64,000 bases of DNA from Saccostrea cucullata (taxonomy: Eukaryota). A model generated the notes under the pieces. It was given only the letters and a program-made list of their open reading frames with translations. It did no database searches and had not been told where the DNA came from. Each line of letters starts with the position of its first letter. Positions within the stretch are counted from its first letter, which is position 1. Below, one piece after another: positions 14,198-26,511 of the stretch. The stretch lies in assembly GCF_032062105.1 (NCBI RefSeq), contig NW_026926125.1, positions 186,001 to 250,000 of the forward strand. The letters are read 5' to 3'. The position numbers were made by a program, and so were the translations under genes.

Positions 14198-14912
14198 AGT
14201 GGATATTGAGCTGTCATCATAGAAAAATGTATGCCAGTATGGCGTGTAAGCAAAAGTTCATGATAAACATGTTTACATATCGGTATGTTAATTAAGTTTA
14301 GATATTATGGAATGAAAAGAAACACTTTCTCTTACTAATTCGGACTAAGAGGCTGAATTGTCTGTATTATTTATTTTTTTTCTATCAAACTGTATTTTAT
14401 GTTGCTTAAATATTCAGTATTTCAAACATCGTTATTTTTACAATGGTATGAATGTTTGTTTCTAAGTAAGCAAATAATTTTGAAAATCTGAATCAGTTTT
14501 CAGAAGATTTACATGTACACTGCATCTGGATACTTGATCAATAAACTTATGAAATGAACAGTTTTTGTCTTAATTTTTTAAAAAATATTTTGTAAATAAA
14601 GATTTTATTGACGATAAGTTAATATTTAAATACCAGAAAGGCATTTTGCATAAGTTTATAAGTTTATCAACATAAAGATGTCGTTACCAATGTTTCAATC
14701 CTACATTGTTGTGTGCTCGGAACAGTGATTAAAGCGTTTGCTCAAAAGCCGTGGAGTAAGGAATTGATCCTTACGTTGCGTGTTCGAATCGCATTTTGAT
14801 TAAATTAATTGAAGATTATATAGTAGGGGTATACATACATGCTAGATTACGGATTCTTCGGAAGACATCTTTAAAACCGAAACCTCGTGTCATGACGGAG
14901 AATTGTAGGCTT

Positions 14913-15615
14913 TGTTACAACGCAAAATGTAAAAGTGCGAAATGTAATAAATTTGAATTATTACATTTTGCGTTGATATCGACGCAAAATGTTTTAACAC
15001 AAATTGTAATAACTCCATTTTTTATTATTACATTAAGAAATTTTGCACCGAAATCAACGCAAAATGTAATACCGTGCTTTTGCGTCATTTTATTTTTATG
15101 CAAAATGTAATACAACAATACGCAATAAAACAAAATATAATTGTTAGCTCTACTTGTCATAGACCAGAAGAGCTTATGCTATTGTAATGTGTCCGTCGTC
15201 TGTCTGTCTGTCCGTCCGCCTGTCCAGCTGTCTGTCTGTTAACGGTTTTTCAAAATGCTACTCCTCCTACAGTTTTGGTCTGATTTCAGTATAACTTGGC
15301 ACACATAGACTACACTAAGATACATAATTCTGTGTATCCGTTTTTCATTTCGATGAACGGTGTTGCCGTAGTTACTAAAAATAGAAATTTGCTGTGAAAT
15401 ACTTTCAAAATGCTACTCCGAGTACAGTTTTAGTCTGATTATAATGTAATGTGATATGCAAGACTGCAAGTATACTACACTGAGATACATATTTGTATCT
15501 TTTTTATTTTGATGAATTATGTTGTCATGGTAACTTAAATTGAAAATGCTTATTAAAAGCTACTTCTGCAGTTACGGTCTTATTGCAAACTTGTTATTAC
15601 ATTTAGCGTTGTAAC
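14913..15615. mobile_element. TIR element with a nested HINE-like fragment (~15160-15540)
   Basis: TGTTACAACGCAAAATGTAA ... TTACATTTAGCGTTGTAACA; internal (TCTG/TCCG)n microsatellite. Confidence 0.5.
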
Positions 15616-16269
15616 AATTAAATTACATTTTGAAATAGGGTAAAATTTTATAATATTACGGTTTGTCAAAGAAAAATTATAGGCAAAAAAGAGTACCAGT
15701 TTATGTCTTTCATTTAAAATCACTATTAGAAAAGGAAAAGAAAAAGGGGAAAAGAGGGAACTAAAACAGTGCCGTGAAGAAGGATTAACACTTAGCAGAT
15801 TAAAATGGTTGCTAAAAAACAAAACCAAAAAATCAATTCATTAAAGATTTTACAACCCGTTTTTACCAGGAAATGACATAATCAAATAAAGTCATTACAT
15901 ATTTTTATACTGTATTTTAAAGTTTTGAAGTAAAAAATTAATTTTAAAAAAGCTTCGAGCGGTGAACATTTATTCTGACAAAGATCTTTTAATCTGAATC
16001 ATTAATGTCAAGAAACTTCTTAAGATTAATAGATCTATAAGTTTCTTCAACAAAAAAATAATTAATTTAGCATTTAATTTTGATTCTATGTATTTTTCTT
16101 GACAAATGCTAATAATTTCATTTTATTCAAATACTTTTGCAATCATTTTTGAATGCAAGAAATAGCGTCCATGGCTACAGTGATAATTCATAATTGATTG
16201 ATTGTATAGTGTTTATCGTCCATCTAGAGATTTTTTTCACTGCTATGTTGACCCTAATAAGCTTATGGG

Positions 16270-16460
16270 GACTCTTATTTGTTTTAGAAAGATACGATCT
16301 GAATTTCATTTCATATTCTTTCTGCTTGTCAGGCATTCTCATGATCAGGATATCAAACATTTCACAAACTTTGGCGTTCATGTGCGGAAATTCCTTACAT
16401 TGTCTTTCTTTATCATGCATATGTTCGATCAAGGGATAAAAAGCGGATACATATATGCGT
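16270..16460 (-). pseudogene. 3' fragment of a copy-D-type OTU-cGLR gene
   Basis: IEHMHDKERQCKEFPHM...MPDKQKEYEMKFRSYLSKT aligns with the copy D tail INYMDDIERQCEEFPSM...MPDKQREYELKLRSYLSET. Confidence 0.8.
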
Positions 16461-16825
16461 AATTCTAATCCCGATTTGAATTTCCTTCCTTGCCATCGTT
16501 ATGAGAGGGAATGACACATTCATTTTCATACACAATTAAATTTATCTTCCCAATAAAACAAGGACGGAATATCTAATAAATTCAACAAAGATAAACTTGA
16601 ATATTTATATCTCTGTAAACTGGAGATATCATCAATGCTATGTCCCATTGCAAGTCATTGGACGTATGTACAACCGTTAACTCTAGTGCGATGCTTGAAA
16701 GTTTTTATCATTAATAATTTCTCAGAACATAAGAAAACTCTTGTCCAGGAAAATATAATTGCTACATAAAGACTTCCTCATTGATAAGAAATGGAGTTTT
16801 GACTGGAGTTTTGACACAACACAAA

Positions 16826-19800
16826 ATGTCGCACTATAACATTCTAGCAGAGTTTGAAAAATCATCAGACAGAACAGAAACTAGAGGATATTTTCGAGGA
16901 ATCTGGTCCAATGATACACCTGAAGAAGGTGACGAAGAAATTCAAAATGAGTTTATAAATGTTCAAGAAGAAAATTTGCAGAGAAGCAGTATCACTTTCC
17001 CAAACGAAGTGCACGAACAAAACGAGCTTGATCCGATGAGGATGACCCTCTCAAATGACATTGTCGGAGACTTTGAAGATAACTTCAAGTCAATAATTCC
17101 AAAAAGCTTGGATGCACAATCAGGCCTCATTTGGTCTGGAAATGTACAAAAATCTAGTTTGACTTCCAAAAACGAAATCAGTAATGAATCATTGATAAAG
17201 ACTCACTCAGATGATTTTGATTTCAAAAACGTTGAAAATAAAGACAAAAAGGAAATGGAAAAAAGAACAGCAAATAATGTTACGAAAAAGGAAGAGGATA
17301 AAAAGGCATTTATTCACTCTAAAAATCTAAGTAAACAGGCTTTTTCAGAAACGGAACTCCATCTACATGATTTTGAAACTGATGCTACTGATTATTTTGA
17401 CAGTGAAGACGAATATTTTGAAACATACAGAAACAACTTTGAGGACAGTCCGATGTTTACTTATCATGGAATGATTCATTCTCCTTTGTCAACATCAGCA
17501 GTAAATGGAAGATACAGTAAGATTATCTTCAACATGTAATTGATACTAATTATAAATAGTAATGCACTGACCAATCTTTTGTTGCAACTCGCTTTGTTTT
17601 ACAAAGTAGTATGCTTCGTCTAGTTATACTTTAAACATTTCGGAAATCTTAATCGTTAACTGCAGTATATCTTACATTGTATTTTTCACTTACCATGACC
17701 TTTTTTAAAACACATTGTGCCTCCTTCCTAACCATGTACAGTGGAATTGATTTGAACAAGTCTGAGCACCCTATGGACATACGTCTTTCATGATATTTTT
17801 TTTTTTTTAATTTAACCCATAACCGGATTTTAAAATAATATGAAGACATGTGTTATGATAAAATGGTGAGGTTACAAGGAGTGTAGGGAAGGAAAATTTC
17901 TTAGAGAAAATATGTTCTGAATGTTTTTAAGGTGAAGGCGTATCACGGTACAATAACATGCCAGTGTTTGTGACATCCTTACAGAGGTTTGCAAAAGCCA
18001 ATGGATTCACAGTTCATAACGTTATGGCAGATGGAAATTGTCTCTTCAGAGCTATCAATGATCAGCTTTCTGTGAACGGAATCTTTGGCAACTCCCCCGA
18101 ATCATTACGGAAAAACACTATCAAGTGCGTTATACAATGCTTCTCCTTTTTATCTATACCTGTATTAAACAATCCATAAAAAAATCGTCTATTTATGAGG
18201 GTTGTCTCAGAAATTAGATGCATCGATATCAGAGGACATTGTTGTGAAAATATAAATAATTCCAAACATTATGCAAAAAAATAAATTTGGAAGGGAGTTT
18301 ATGAGATGCGTTTATTTTTTCTTGGACAGCCACTGTGTTATTAAGTGAGAAAAAATTATTCAGTACAGATTACAAACCATTTTCTAAAGGTACGAATTCT
18401 CAAATAATATATTTAATAATTTTTTCTTCTTTTTATTGTAAGCAGTTATCTTCGGGAAAATCCTTACCAAGAGGATGGGTCACATACTGAGTCTTTCCTT
18501 TTCACTGAAAACTGGGAACAATACTTGTCGAGAATGGAACAAAGTACAGAATGGTGCGATCACGTCATATTTAAGGCTGCCGTTGACGCCTTGGGTCTAC
18601 GAGTTGTGGTTTTTAATGTTTATGGGGACGATATTAGACGAACAGAGGTTTTATCCAGAAAACAATCCGTTGACATCATAACCATTTATCTCGGTCACTT
18701 TGGAGAATTTCACTACCTTAGTTTAAGACCCAATAATTGGGAGTCGGAATGGCAAAACAGTTAAGAAAATAATTTATTCAGATTAGTGTTAGATAAACTC
18801 AAGGTTTCAATGCTTCACATTTTTGTGTAAGATCGAAGGCTTATAAGTTATAAATATTAAAAAATAAGTATGTTGTAAGACATTGTCAAGATTTTCAAAC
18901 GTTTTTTTTTCTTTTGTTTTGAAGATTTTCTTATATCCGCTTGTTTTTTGTATCTAGGATTCGTATTTTGAATCATTTTGAAATCTAAATATTTCATTTA
19001 AATTATTTTTGTAGAAGCTCTAATGTTTAGACACCAATTACCCATTAGACAATTTGAGAGTATGAAAATTCAAAGTGATGAGAAAAAAGGCGTAGAAAAC
19101 TGTCTCAAAATAACATCAAAATCTGACTTCGACACAGAAATACAAACTGACTGGAAAAGCTCAGAAAAGTTTGGATTCATAGTGTGTCCAGTTTATGGTT
19201 TGAAAGATCTAGATATGGAAGAAAATCAGGGTAGAATTAATATATATTTTTGAACAAAAAAGTGATTTCAAAGTTTAAAAAAACATCATTGCCATTTTTT
19301 TTTCACAAAACATAAAGGGCTAGCATGGTATGTTGTTAAGAATTCAGAAAAAAAAATTCCTTATATTTTTATACTTTTTTTTATTTTTTAGAATCGATGC
19401 ATCGTCTTATAGAGGATCCATTTTACATTGATACACGAACAGGACTTCCACTTCAACATTTATCGTATCTCATGAATCATTTGATTCCTCCTAGGATGAC
19501 TCTCGTTAATTCTCATGCACTTCCACCAGTAGAAAAGAATGGGACGATGTTTCAGTATTTAGGATCATTTGCTACAGGGACCTATGCATTCTTACAGGAT
19601 ATTCCTCTAGGCTACACGTCAAGAAATCATATTAAGAAACATGCCACAGTCGTTGCTTTAAGACCGCTTACGTCTGCAATTCTAATCGACACAAAAGACA
19701 TTCATCCAGGTTTCCTACGGTTAAAAGTTTTATCAATGTCGCATCTATTCCCAGAAAAAAGTTTACATAGATGTGAGAATGATGTTTTCCTAAAAAGATT

Positions 19801-21400
19801 AGATGTCCCTGATAATATGTCTTTACCCAAGATGTCAGAAAGATGTTATATTGGATTTTGTAGTGGTGAGTTTCCACTAGCTGCAGATGAGTGGCGAAAT
19901 AGACAAAGAAAATGGCCACCACACGAAGTAGTGACTGCTGTCTATAATGCCGGATGTACCTTAATTCCAAAACATCACCCAAAGAGTTGTAATCCAGAAA
20001 TCGAGTGGAAATTTAACTTCACAAACTCTGAAGTGTTACTGTTTTCAAAAGCTGTTACAGGCAAGCAACGTCGCGGATTTTTTCTTCTGCACATGCTTTT
20101 CGATAACAATACATGTCACTTTCGACGCAAATTAAAAATGAAACACACTAAGGCAGTTTTTTTTAACTGCTGTGAACAGATTCCTGTTGAAAAATGGGAA
20201 ACAAACTTAAGTGGGTGCATTCTTTATGCTACAGCATTTCTATTAGCTTGTCTTAGAGAAAGGAATCTGCCACATTATTTCATCCCATCGTTCAATTTAT
20301 TTGAGAACTACAAGGAGGAAGATCTTGAAATCATGTGTATTCAAATTGAGGCTATCCGGTTGTTTCCGGTTCAAACTTTACAATTTCTCACAGAAAGTTA
20401 TGGATACTCATACGGAGCAAACCTGTCAAGATTGGTTTTACAGGACTGTAAAAGATTTGCATCAAGTAGAGACATATTGTCAACTTATCATGATGTTTTC
20501 ATTCCTGGGACAATTAAAACAGTCAAATTTTTAACAAGACAAGGTTATTATAAAGCAGCTTATTTTCTTCTCCTTAATACTTATGTGTCACGTCTTTGCT
20601 TTACCTTAACAGACACTAGCGATTTTAATTGTAATTTCACAGAATTTTTCTGTCGTGCTCTCCATGAAATTCGCCAGGAAGCCTCTCGGACCATTTTGGC
20701 AAAAAAGTTTGAAAACGAACATGGTGTAAAAATACTGGATTCCGTAATGAAAGCAGGTGGTCTTTTCGTAGAGGATATTGTACCATGGGGGGTAAATTAC
20801 GAGATTGCTAAGCTTCATATACCAATGGAAAAAATGTCAAATTTCGAATCAATTGGAGATTTTTTTTACGAATATAGTAAAACTGAAGTAAAGAGATTTA
20901 ACAGTGATCTAGCTACGATAGGAATTTCGGAAGCAATTCGCTGTTTCGAAAGAGCTATTCAAGAGGGGCCAATGATTGATGTTGAAATAGATGACGAAGC
21001 TTTGATAAAAGAAATCCAGTCTCAAAGGTCTGAAATTATGAAAAAACTAAAAGAAAAATTGATGAATTGCTACATCCATACTATGAAAATTTCCCAAATG
21101 CACCGGACTTACCTGCCACTGGAAATATATATGCCTGCAATAGAAGAATTATGCCAAGAAATGCCAGATATAAGTGGAGTTGTCAGTATTATGTACCAAT
21201 ATTTGAATAATCCTAGTAAACAGAAGGAATATCAAACGCGTTTTGATAGTATCTTAGGGACAGGTAGGTAAAATTTTGAGCTTCGATTGCTCATCTTTGA
21301 AACATATTGTATCATGTATGTATTTTAATTCCATCTTCTCTATTCCTTTGTAGGTGAAGTGTACAAAGGACCATCAACATTGAAAACTAATAGATTTTAA
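16826..21400 (+). CDS. OTU deubiquitinase + Mab-21/cGAS-like pseudo-nucleotidyltransferase + helical tail, copy C, ~1110 aa (exons 16826-17516, 17932-18124, 18446-18759, 19015-19230, 19392-21263, 21354-21400)
   Basis: Exons join to 3333 nt in frame; OTU DGNCLFRA / GHFGEFHYLSL; Mab-21 motifs HPGFLRL, WRNRQRKWP, LIPK, EWKFNF..SE, CL...LPHYFIPSFNLF. Last exon (VYKGPS.LK) is conserved in copy B; an unspliced alternative would stop at 21271. Confidence 0.88.
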
Positions 21401-22234
21401 ACTGTAAAAAAGATAGATGTATACCTTTATGACGTGTTACCAGAAGTTCATGACTATAAACACACTGTAGTATAAGTAATGGAAGTAATTATACAATAGG
21501 AAAAGACATTTGTTTTCAATTACCATAGTATCCTCAAACCCTTCATTTCAAAGATTCATATAAAAGTTACTGAATACAATAGTAATTTGTTCAATTTAAT
21601 GTAGTTGTGTTCTCATTAAATTTAATTATGATGATTTTTAAAAAATGTAAATTTAAAAAATAACCAAGATACAATAAAACAGTTGTTTTCTATTTATAAA
21701 ATAGTTTTTCGAAGAGTTGTGCTTTCGATTGCAATGATATAGGGCGATAACGAACCGTATTCAAGCTCAAAGTCCCCTAATTAAAGATTTTCATTTAAAC
21801 AATGCACATCGGGAACACACGATGCATGGACCTTAAATGGAGTGAGCATCCCCTGCAGACCGGTAACACCTGCTGTGTGCTCTCTGTCAAGATCAGGGAA
21901 GAAAGGAAAATTTAATAGACAATAATGGCCAACAATTAGTGTGAAAAAAGTAAATCAGCACTTGACTCAATGATAGGTTGAATTTACTCACAAGATCGTA
22001 AAATTTGCGAAATTATGACTTCAAACGACTGAAACAAGGCAGCTGATACCATTCTTCATTAACTTGTTTGCTGATGTTGGACGTTTGCGAGGAGCATGAA
22101 CTTTTACAGTTGACGGCTTACTTTGACATTTAAACCTGCGTTATGTATGTAGGCACGGAATTGATATTAGAGAAGAAAATGTTATATGAGTGGTTATAGT
22201 TTTAAAGTATAAGGGGTACTAACATCATTTCTAA

Positions 22235-22235
<1 letters not shown>

Positions 22236-22260
<25 letters not shown>
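22236..22260. repeat. (AG)n microsatellite
   Basis: Direct reading. Confidence 0.9.
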
Positions 22261-22265
<5 letters not shown>

Positions 22266-22920
22266 TGGAGGTAGTATAAAATTTAAAAATATTTTATTCA
22301 TTAGAGTACTGTATCTCCTTTTATTTTCATTTTCTAAAGGAATTATATAAAGTAGGAGAAAACATTTCGTAGGGAAAAGAAGTTGGCAAGAGTTTGTCAA
22401 GTTGGAAAGGGAGGGGGTCGATAGTATTGTTACCACTCTTTTCCTAGTTATCGAATATGGGCTTTGAAATGGTCCATTATTATTGGTTTAGTAAATGCTA
22501 AATATTTATATCGCAAAAGAGATTCTGTAAATTTTCCAGGTGTAAAAGTAAGCCGTCGATTGTTAAAGTCAGCGCTTCTCGCAAAAGTTTAATAGCTTGC
22601 CCACTTTAAGAAATTGTTCATAAGTAGAGCATGTTTTTGCGTATTAAACCAGCTGAGAGACAAAAAAACATATCCAGGCGATAAAGGTATATTGCTAAGT
22701 GATTAAGGAAAATTCACAGGTACTTGTAGACAGGATTCCCCCTAAATATTCAACAATATTCAACTTCGGGGTTTGTTGGGCATTTTTTCACAAATTAAAT
22801 TTATTACACTTATTCATCATTTATAAGTACAATAGAAAAAAATCGTTAAAACGTCAAAATAAGCGCTCCACAAAAATACCCCACTGTACATATTATTAGA
22901 GAAAGGTATGTCACTCCTGT

Positions 22921-23412
22921 TTGTTTGTGCCTAAAGTCAACAAAGAAATTTGGCGCCAAATGCACAAACAAGCTTTTACAAAAAAGCGTGACTTAAGATT
23001 GATGAATGTTCAGAGTTTGATCACTAAGTCAACTTGTGCAATAGTTAGTGTAGCAAACAAGTTGTTAAATTTGGATGGCCAGAAGCATGATGCAGAAATA
23101 AGAAATTGTCATGATGCAATTTATTTATTAGGCCATGCGAATACCACTATGTCTATGCAGCGGAGAGATTTATTAAGACCAGTACTTAAAAGTGATTATG
23201 CTGCATTATGTGACAGCAATGTCCCGGTTACGTCTTTGCTTTTCGGAGATGACCTTCCTAAGTCTCTGAAGGAGGCTCGTCAAGTAGGCAATGTTGGAAG
23301 GGATTTTTCAAAAAACGGGAAAAGATTTGGGTTCAGTCAGAGGAACAAGAGCGATTTTTCTTGGAAAAAGAAGAATCAAAGTCAGCAGAAGAGATTCAAG
23401 AAAGATCAGTAA
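22921..23412 (+). CDS. DIRS gag, C-terminal part
   Basis: PKVNKEIW ... RRDLLRP ... LFGDDL, typical of DIRS gag; overlaps the RT ORF. Confidence 0.75.
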   Translation: MFVPKVNKEIWRQMHKQAFTKKRDLRLMNVQSLITKSTCAIVSVANKLLNLDGQKHDAEIRNCHDAIYLLGHANTTMSMQRRDLLRPVLKSDYAALCDSNVPVTSLLFGDDLPKSLKEARQVGNVGRDFSKNGKRFGFSQRNKSDFSWKKKNQSQQKRFKKDQ

Positions 23413-25541
23413 CAGAGACCCTGACTGAGGTAAAACTTCAATCTACTACATCTGAAGAATATGCAAGTTTTATAGAAAAAACTATTTTGAATGCTAAAAG
23501 AGACATATTACAATTTGAAGGTGGCAGAATCATGCATTTTATAGATCAATGGACTGAGTTCACTTCAGATCCAGAAATATTGAGCATTGTGAAGGGTATT
23601 GAACTTGAATTTATTAGTAAACCAGTTCAAAACATTAATGCAATGCATCAATGCAAATTTAATATGACAGAGAAAAAAGCAATTGATGACGAAATACAAA
23701 AATTACTTGATAAAAAAGTAATTGTGGAAAGTGAAGAGGAAAAAGACCAGTTTGTGTCTCCTATATTTTTAAGACCTAAAAAAGATGGTAAATACAGGTT
23801 GATATGCAACTTGAAACATTTGAATAAATTTATTCAGTATCGCCATTTTAAAATGGATTCACTGGTGTCAGTTTTAAGGATGATAACACCAAATTGTTAT
23901 ATGGCTTCCATTGATCTAAAAGATGCATATTACTGCATACCGGTTGCAGATGTTTATCAGAAATATCTTAAATTCTATTGGAATTCAAAGCTTTACATGT
24001 ATAGAGCATGTCCTATGGGCTTATGCATGAGCCCTCGGTTATTTACAAAGGTACTGAAACCAGTTTTTTCAAGGCTTAGACAAAATGGCCATCAATCTGT
24101 AATTTACATTGATGACATTTATTTGCAAGGTGACAATGCTCAAGCATGTCAGGAAAATGCAATTGCTACAGCAAACATGCTGGTTAATTGTGGATTTGTC
24201 ATTAACCCTGAAAAATCTGTTTTTCAGCCAAGCCAAGAAATAGAATATCTAGGTTTCCTACTAAACTCAGTAGAAATGACAATTGCAATTACAGAAAGAA
24301 AGGCATTGAAAGTGGTTACAATTTGTGATGAATATCTTAAATCAAAAAGAAATTCAATTAGAGATCTTAGCACTGTTATTGGAAACTTGGTGGCAAGTTT
24401 TCCAGCTGTACCACATGGACAGTTGTTTTATCGTCAATTAGAGAATGAGAAAATTTTGGCTTTAAAAATGTCAAGGGGTCAATTTGATGCTGAAGTTCAT
24501 TTATCAAATCTAGCAATTAATGACTTAGAGTGGTGGAAACTAAACATTGTGGGTTCTAAGGCCTCAATTACCCGAGGTCAATCGGAGTTGATAATTGAAA
24601 CTGATGCAAGTTTGCAAGGCTGGGGTTGCGATTGTCAATCACTGAGCATATCAACAGGTGGCCCATGGAAAGAATCCGAAAAGAATTATCATATAAATGT
24701 TTTAGAACTTCAAGCTGTTTATTTTGCATTGCAATCAATATGTAATGATAAGAAAGATATGCACATAAAGCTTTTAATTGACAATACAACTGCTGTAGCA
24801 TATATTAGAGAACAAGGAGGTAGTCGTTCTTTAGAGTGCAATAAAATGGTCCGAAAAATTTGGACTTGGGCATATGAGAAAAATATTTGGCTTACAGCTG
24901 CTCATATTCCGGGGAAAATAAACTGCAAGGCAGATTTTGAGAGTAGACATTTTAAACAGGAATATGAATGGATGCTTAATAAACAAGTTTATCAATCAGC
25001 TTGTGATAAATTGAATTTTAATCCAGATATTGATTTGTTTGCTACACGCAATAACTGTCAATTAGAAAAATTTGTGTCGTGGAAACCAGAGCCTGAATCT
25101 TTTGCAATTGATGCTTTTTCTATTTCTTGGGCTGACATGAAATTATACTGTTTTCCACCTTTTAGTTTGATACCTTCGGTTTTACAGAAAATAGTGTTAG
25201 ATGAAGCCACAGGTATTTTAATAATGCCAGATTGGCCAACACAACCATATTATGCAACTGCAATGAAAATGCTCATAGAAAATCCAATCTTTGTTCACAG
25301 GAGGAAAACTTTGTTGGGCATACCGGGGACAACGCAGATACACAAAATATGGGAAAAGTTGAACTTACTAATATGTCTGTTATCAGGAGATCAATCCAGA
25401 GTAAAGACTTATCGGAGCAAACTAAAGACATTTTGTTGTCTTCATGGAGAGAAAAAACAACTAAACAATACGAGTGTTACCTACGTAAGTGGGAGACATT
25501 CTGTAGTGGACGGGAAGTTAATCCCTTTTCAACACCTGTGA
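23361..25541 (+). CDS. DIRS reverse transcriptase + RNase H + adenine-methyltransferase-like domain
   Basis: IDLKDAY, PMGL..SP, YIDD; TDASLQGWG, HINVLEL, DNTTA; DLFA..N, DAF, FPPF. Confidence 0.93.
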   Translation: MEKEESKSAEEIQERSVTETLTEVKLQSTTSEEYASFIEKTILNAKRDILQFEGGRIMHFIDQWTEFTSDPEILSIVKGIELEFISKPVQNINAMHQCKFNMTEKKAIDDEIQKLLDKKVIVESEEEKDQFVSPIFLRPKKDGKYRLICNLKHLNKFIQYRHFKMDSLVSVLRMITPNCYMASIDLKDAYYCIPVADVYQKYLKFYWNSKLYMYRACPMGLCMSPRLFTKVLKPVFSRLRQNGHQSVIYIDDIYLQGDNAQACQENAIATANMLVNCGFVINPEKSVFQPSQEIEYLGFLLNSVEMTIAITERKALKVVTICDEYLKSKRNSIRDLSTVIGNLVASFPAVPHGQLFYRQLENEKILALKMSRGQFDAEVHLSNLAINDLEWWKLNIVGSKASITRGQSELIIETDASLQGWGCDCQSLSISTGGPWKESEKNYHINVLELQAVYFALQSICNDKKDMHIKLLIDNTTAVAYIREQGGSRSLECNKMVRKIWTWAYEKNIWLTAAHIPGKINCKADFESRHFKQEYEWMLNKQVYQSACDKLNFNPDIDLFATRNNCQLEKFVSWKPEPESFAIDAFSISWADMKLYCFPPFSLIPSVLQKIVLDEATGILIMPDWPTQPYYATAMKMLIENPIFVHRRKTLLGIPGTTQIHKIWEKLNLLICLLSGDQSRVKTYRSKLKTFCCLHGEKKQLNNTSVTYVSGRHSVVDGKLIPFQHL

Positions 25542-26353
25542 AGGAAGTTTTAGAATTCTTAACTTTTTTATACGAGAGTGGCATTGGCTATTCTGGGATA
25601 AACACAGCAAGAAGTGCTTTATCGTCAGTAGTTACTCTTGTTGATGCCGTGCATCATCCAGTGGGACAGCATCCCTTAATTAAAAGATTTCTCAAGGGTG
25701 TTTTTAATAAGAGACCTACTTTTCCAAGATATTCAGAAATCTGGGATGTTTCAGTAGTGTTCAACTGGATGAAAACAATTAATTTTGATGATATGTGTTT
25801 GAAGTTGTTAACGCTGAAGACAGTAATGCTTTTAGCTTTATTATCTGGACAAAGGGTACAAACCCTTAAAGCGTTATCAGTGGAAAATTTAAAATTTACG
25901 GATTCTTATGTAGAATTTAGAGTTGATTCTTTACTCAAACAAAGCAGGCCTGGGTTTCACTTGAATAAACTCGTATTACCGGCTTATGAGGACAGAAATT
26001 TGTGTATAGTCCAACATTTGAGAAAATACATTGACATGACAAAAGAAATAAGGAACACTGATTCATTATTAATTAGCTATCAAAAGCCCCATGCGTCAGT
26101 ATCATGTGACACTATTGCTCGCTGGATAAAATCGGTGCTTAGCAAAAGTGGTGTGGATGTTAATGTTTACACTGCGCATAGTACACGTGCTGCGTCGACA
26201 TCTTGCGCAGCTTCAATGGGATGTCCAATAGACACCATACTGGCACAAGTGGGCTGGGCTAAGGAAAAAACTTTCGCCAAATTTTACAACAAAAACTATA
26301 ATGCGGAGAACATGTCTTTAGGACAAACAATATATAAGTGCATTGATAAATAA
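25232..26353 (+). CDS. DIRS tyrosine recombinase
   Basis: LALLSGQRVQ, HSTRAAS, GW....F..FY catalytic R-H-R-W-Y signature. Confidence 0.93.
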   Translation: MANTTILCNCNENAHRKSNLCSQEENFVGHTGDNADTQNMGKVELTNMSVIRRSIQSKDLSEQTKDILLSSWREKTTKQYECYLRKWETFCSGREVNPFSTPVKEVLEFLTFLYESGIGYSGINTARSALSSVVTLVDAVHHPVGQHPLIKRFLKGVFNKRPTFPRYSEIWDVSVVFNWMKTINFDDMCLKLLTLKTVMLLALLSGQRVQTLKALSVENLKFTDSYVEFRVDSLLKQSRPGFHLNKLVLPAYEDRNLCIVQHLRKYIDMTKEIRNTDSLLISYQKPHASVSCDTIARWIKSVLSKSGVDVNVYTAHSTRAASTSCAASMGCPIDTILAQVGWAKEKTFAKFYNKNYNAENMSLGQTIYKCIDK

Positions 26354-26511
26354 ATGTCATGTTTTGAAATACAGTGATGTATATATATTTATATAAGTAG
26401 ATTACATTGTAGCAATAAATTAAATTGCATTCAATGTTTTTATTACATTAATAGCCCCAGAGCTTTAAAATCTCATGTGGTTCTGTAATGAACTGGACAG
26501 TGATGAAGTAG

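Noticed and set aside
25232-26353. Phage or bacterial integrase (HGT or contamination)
   Set aside because: It overlaps an RT-RNaseH ORF and is followed by ICR/ITR, the standard DIRS layout
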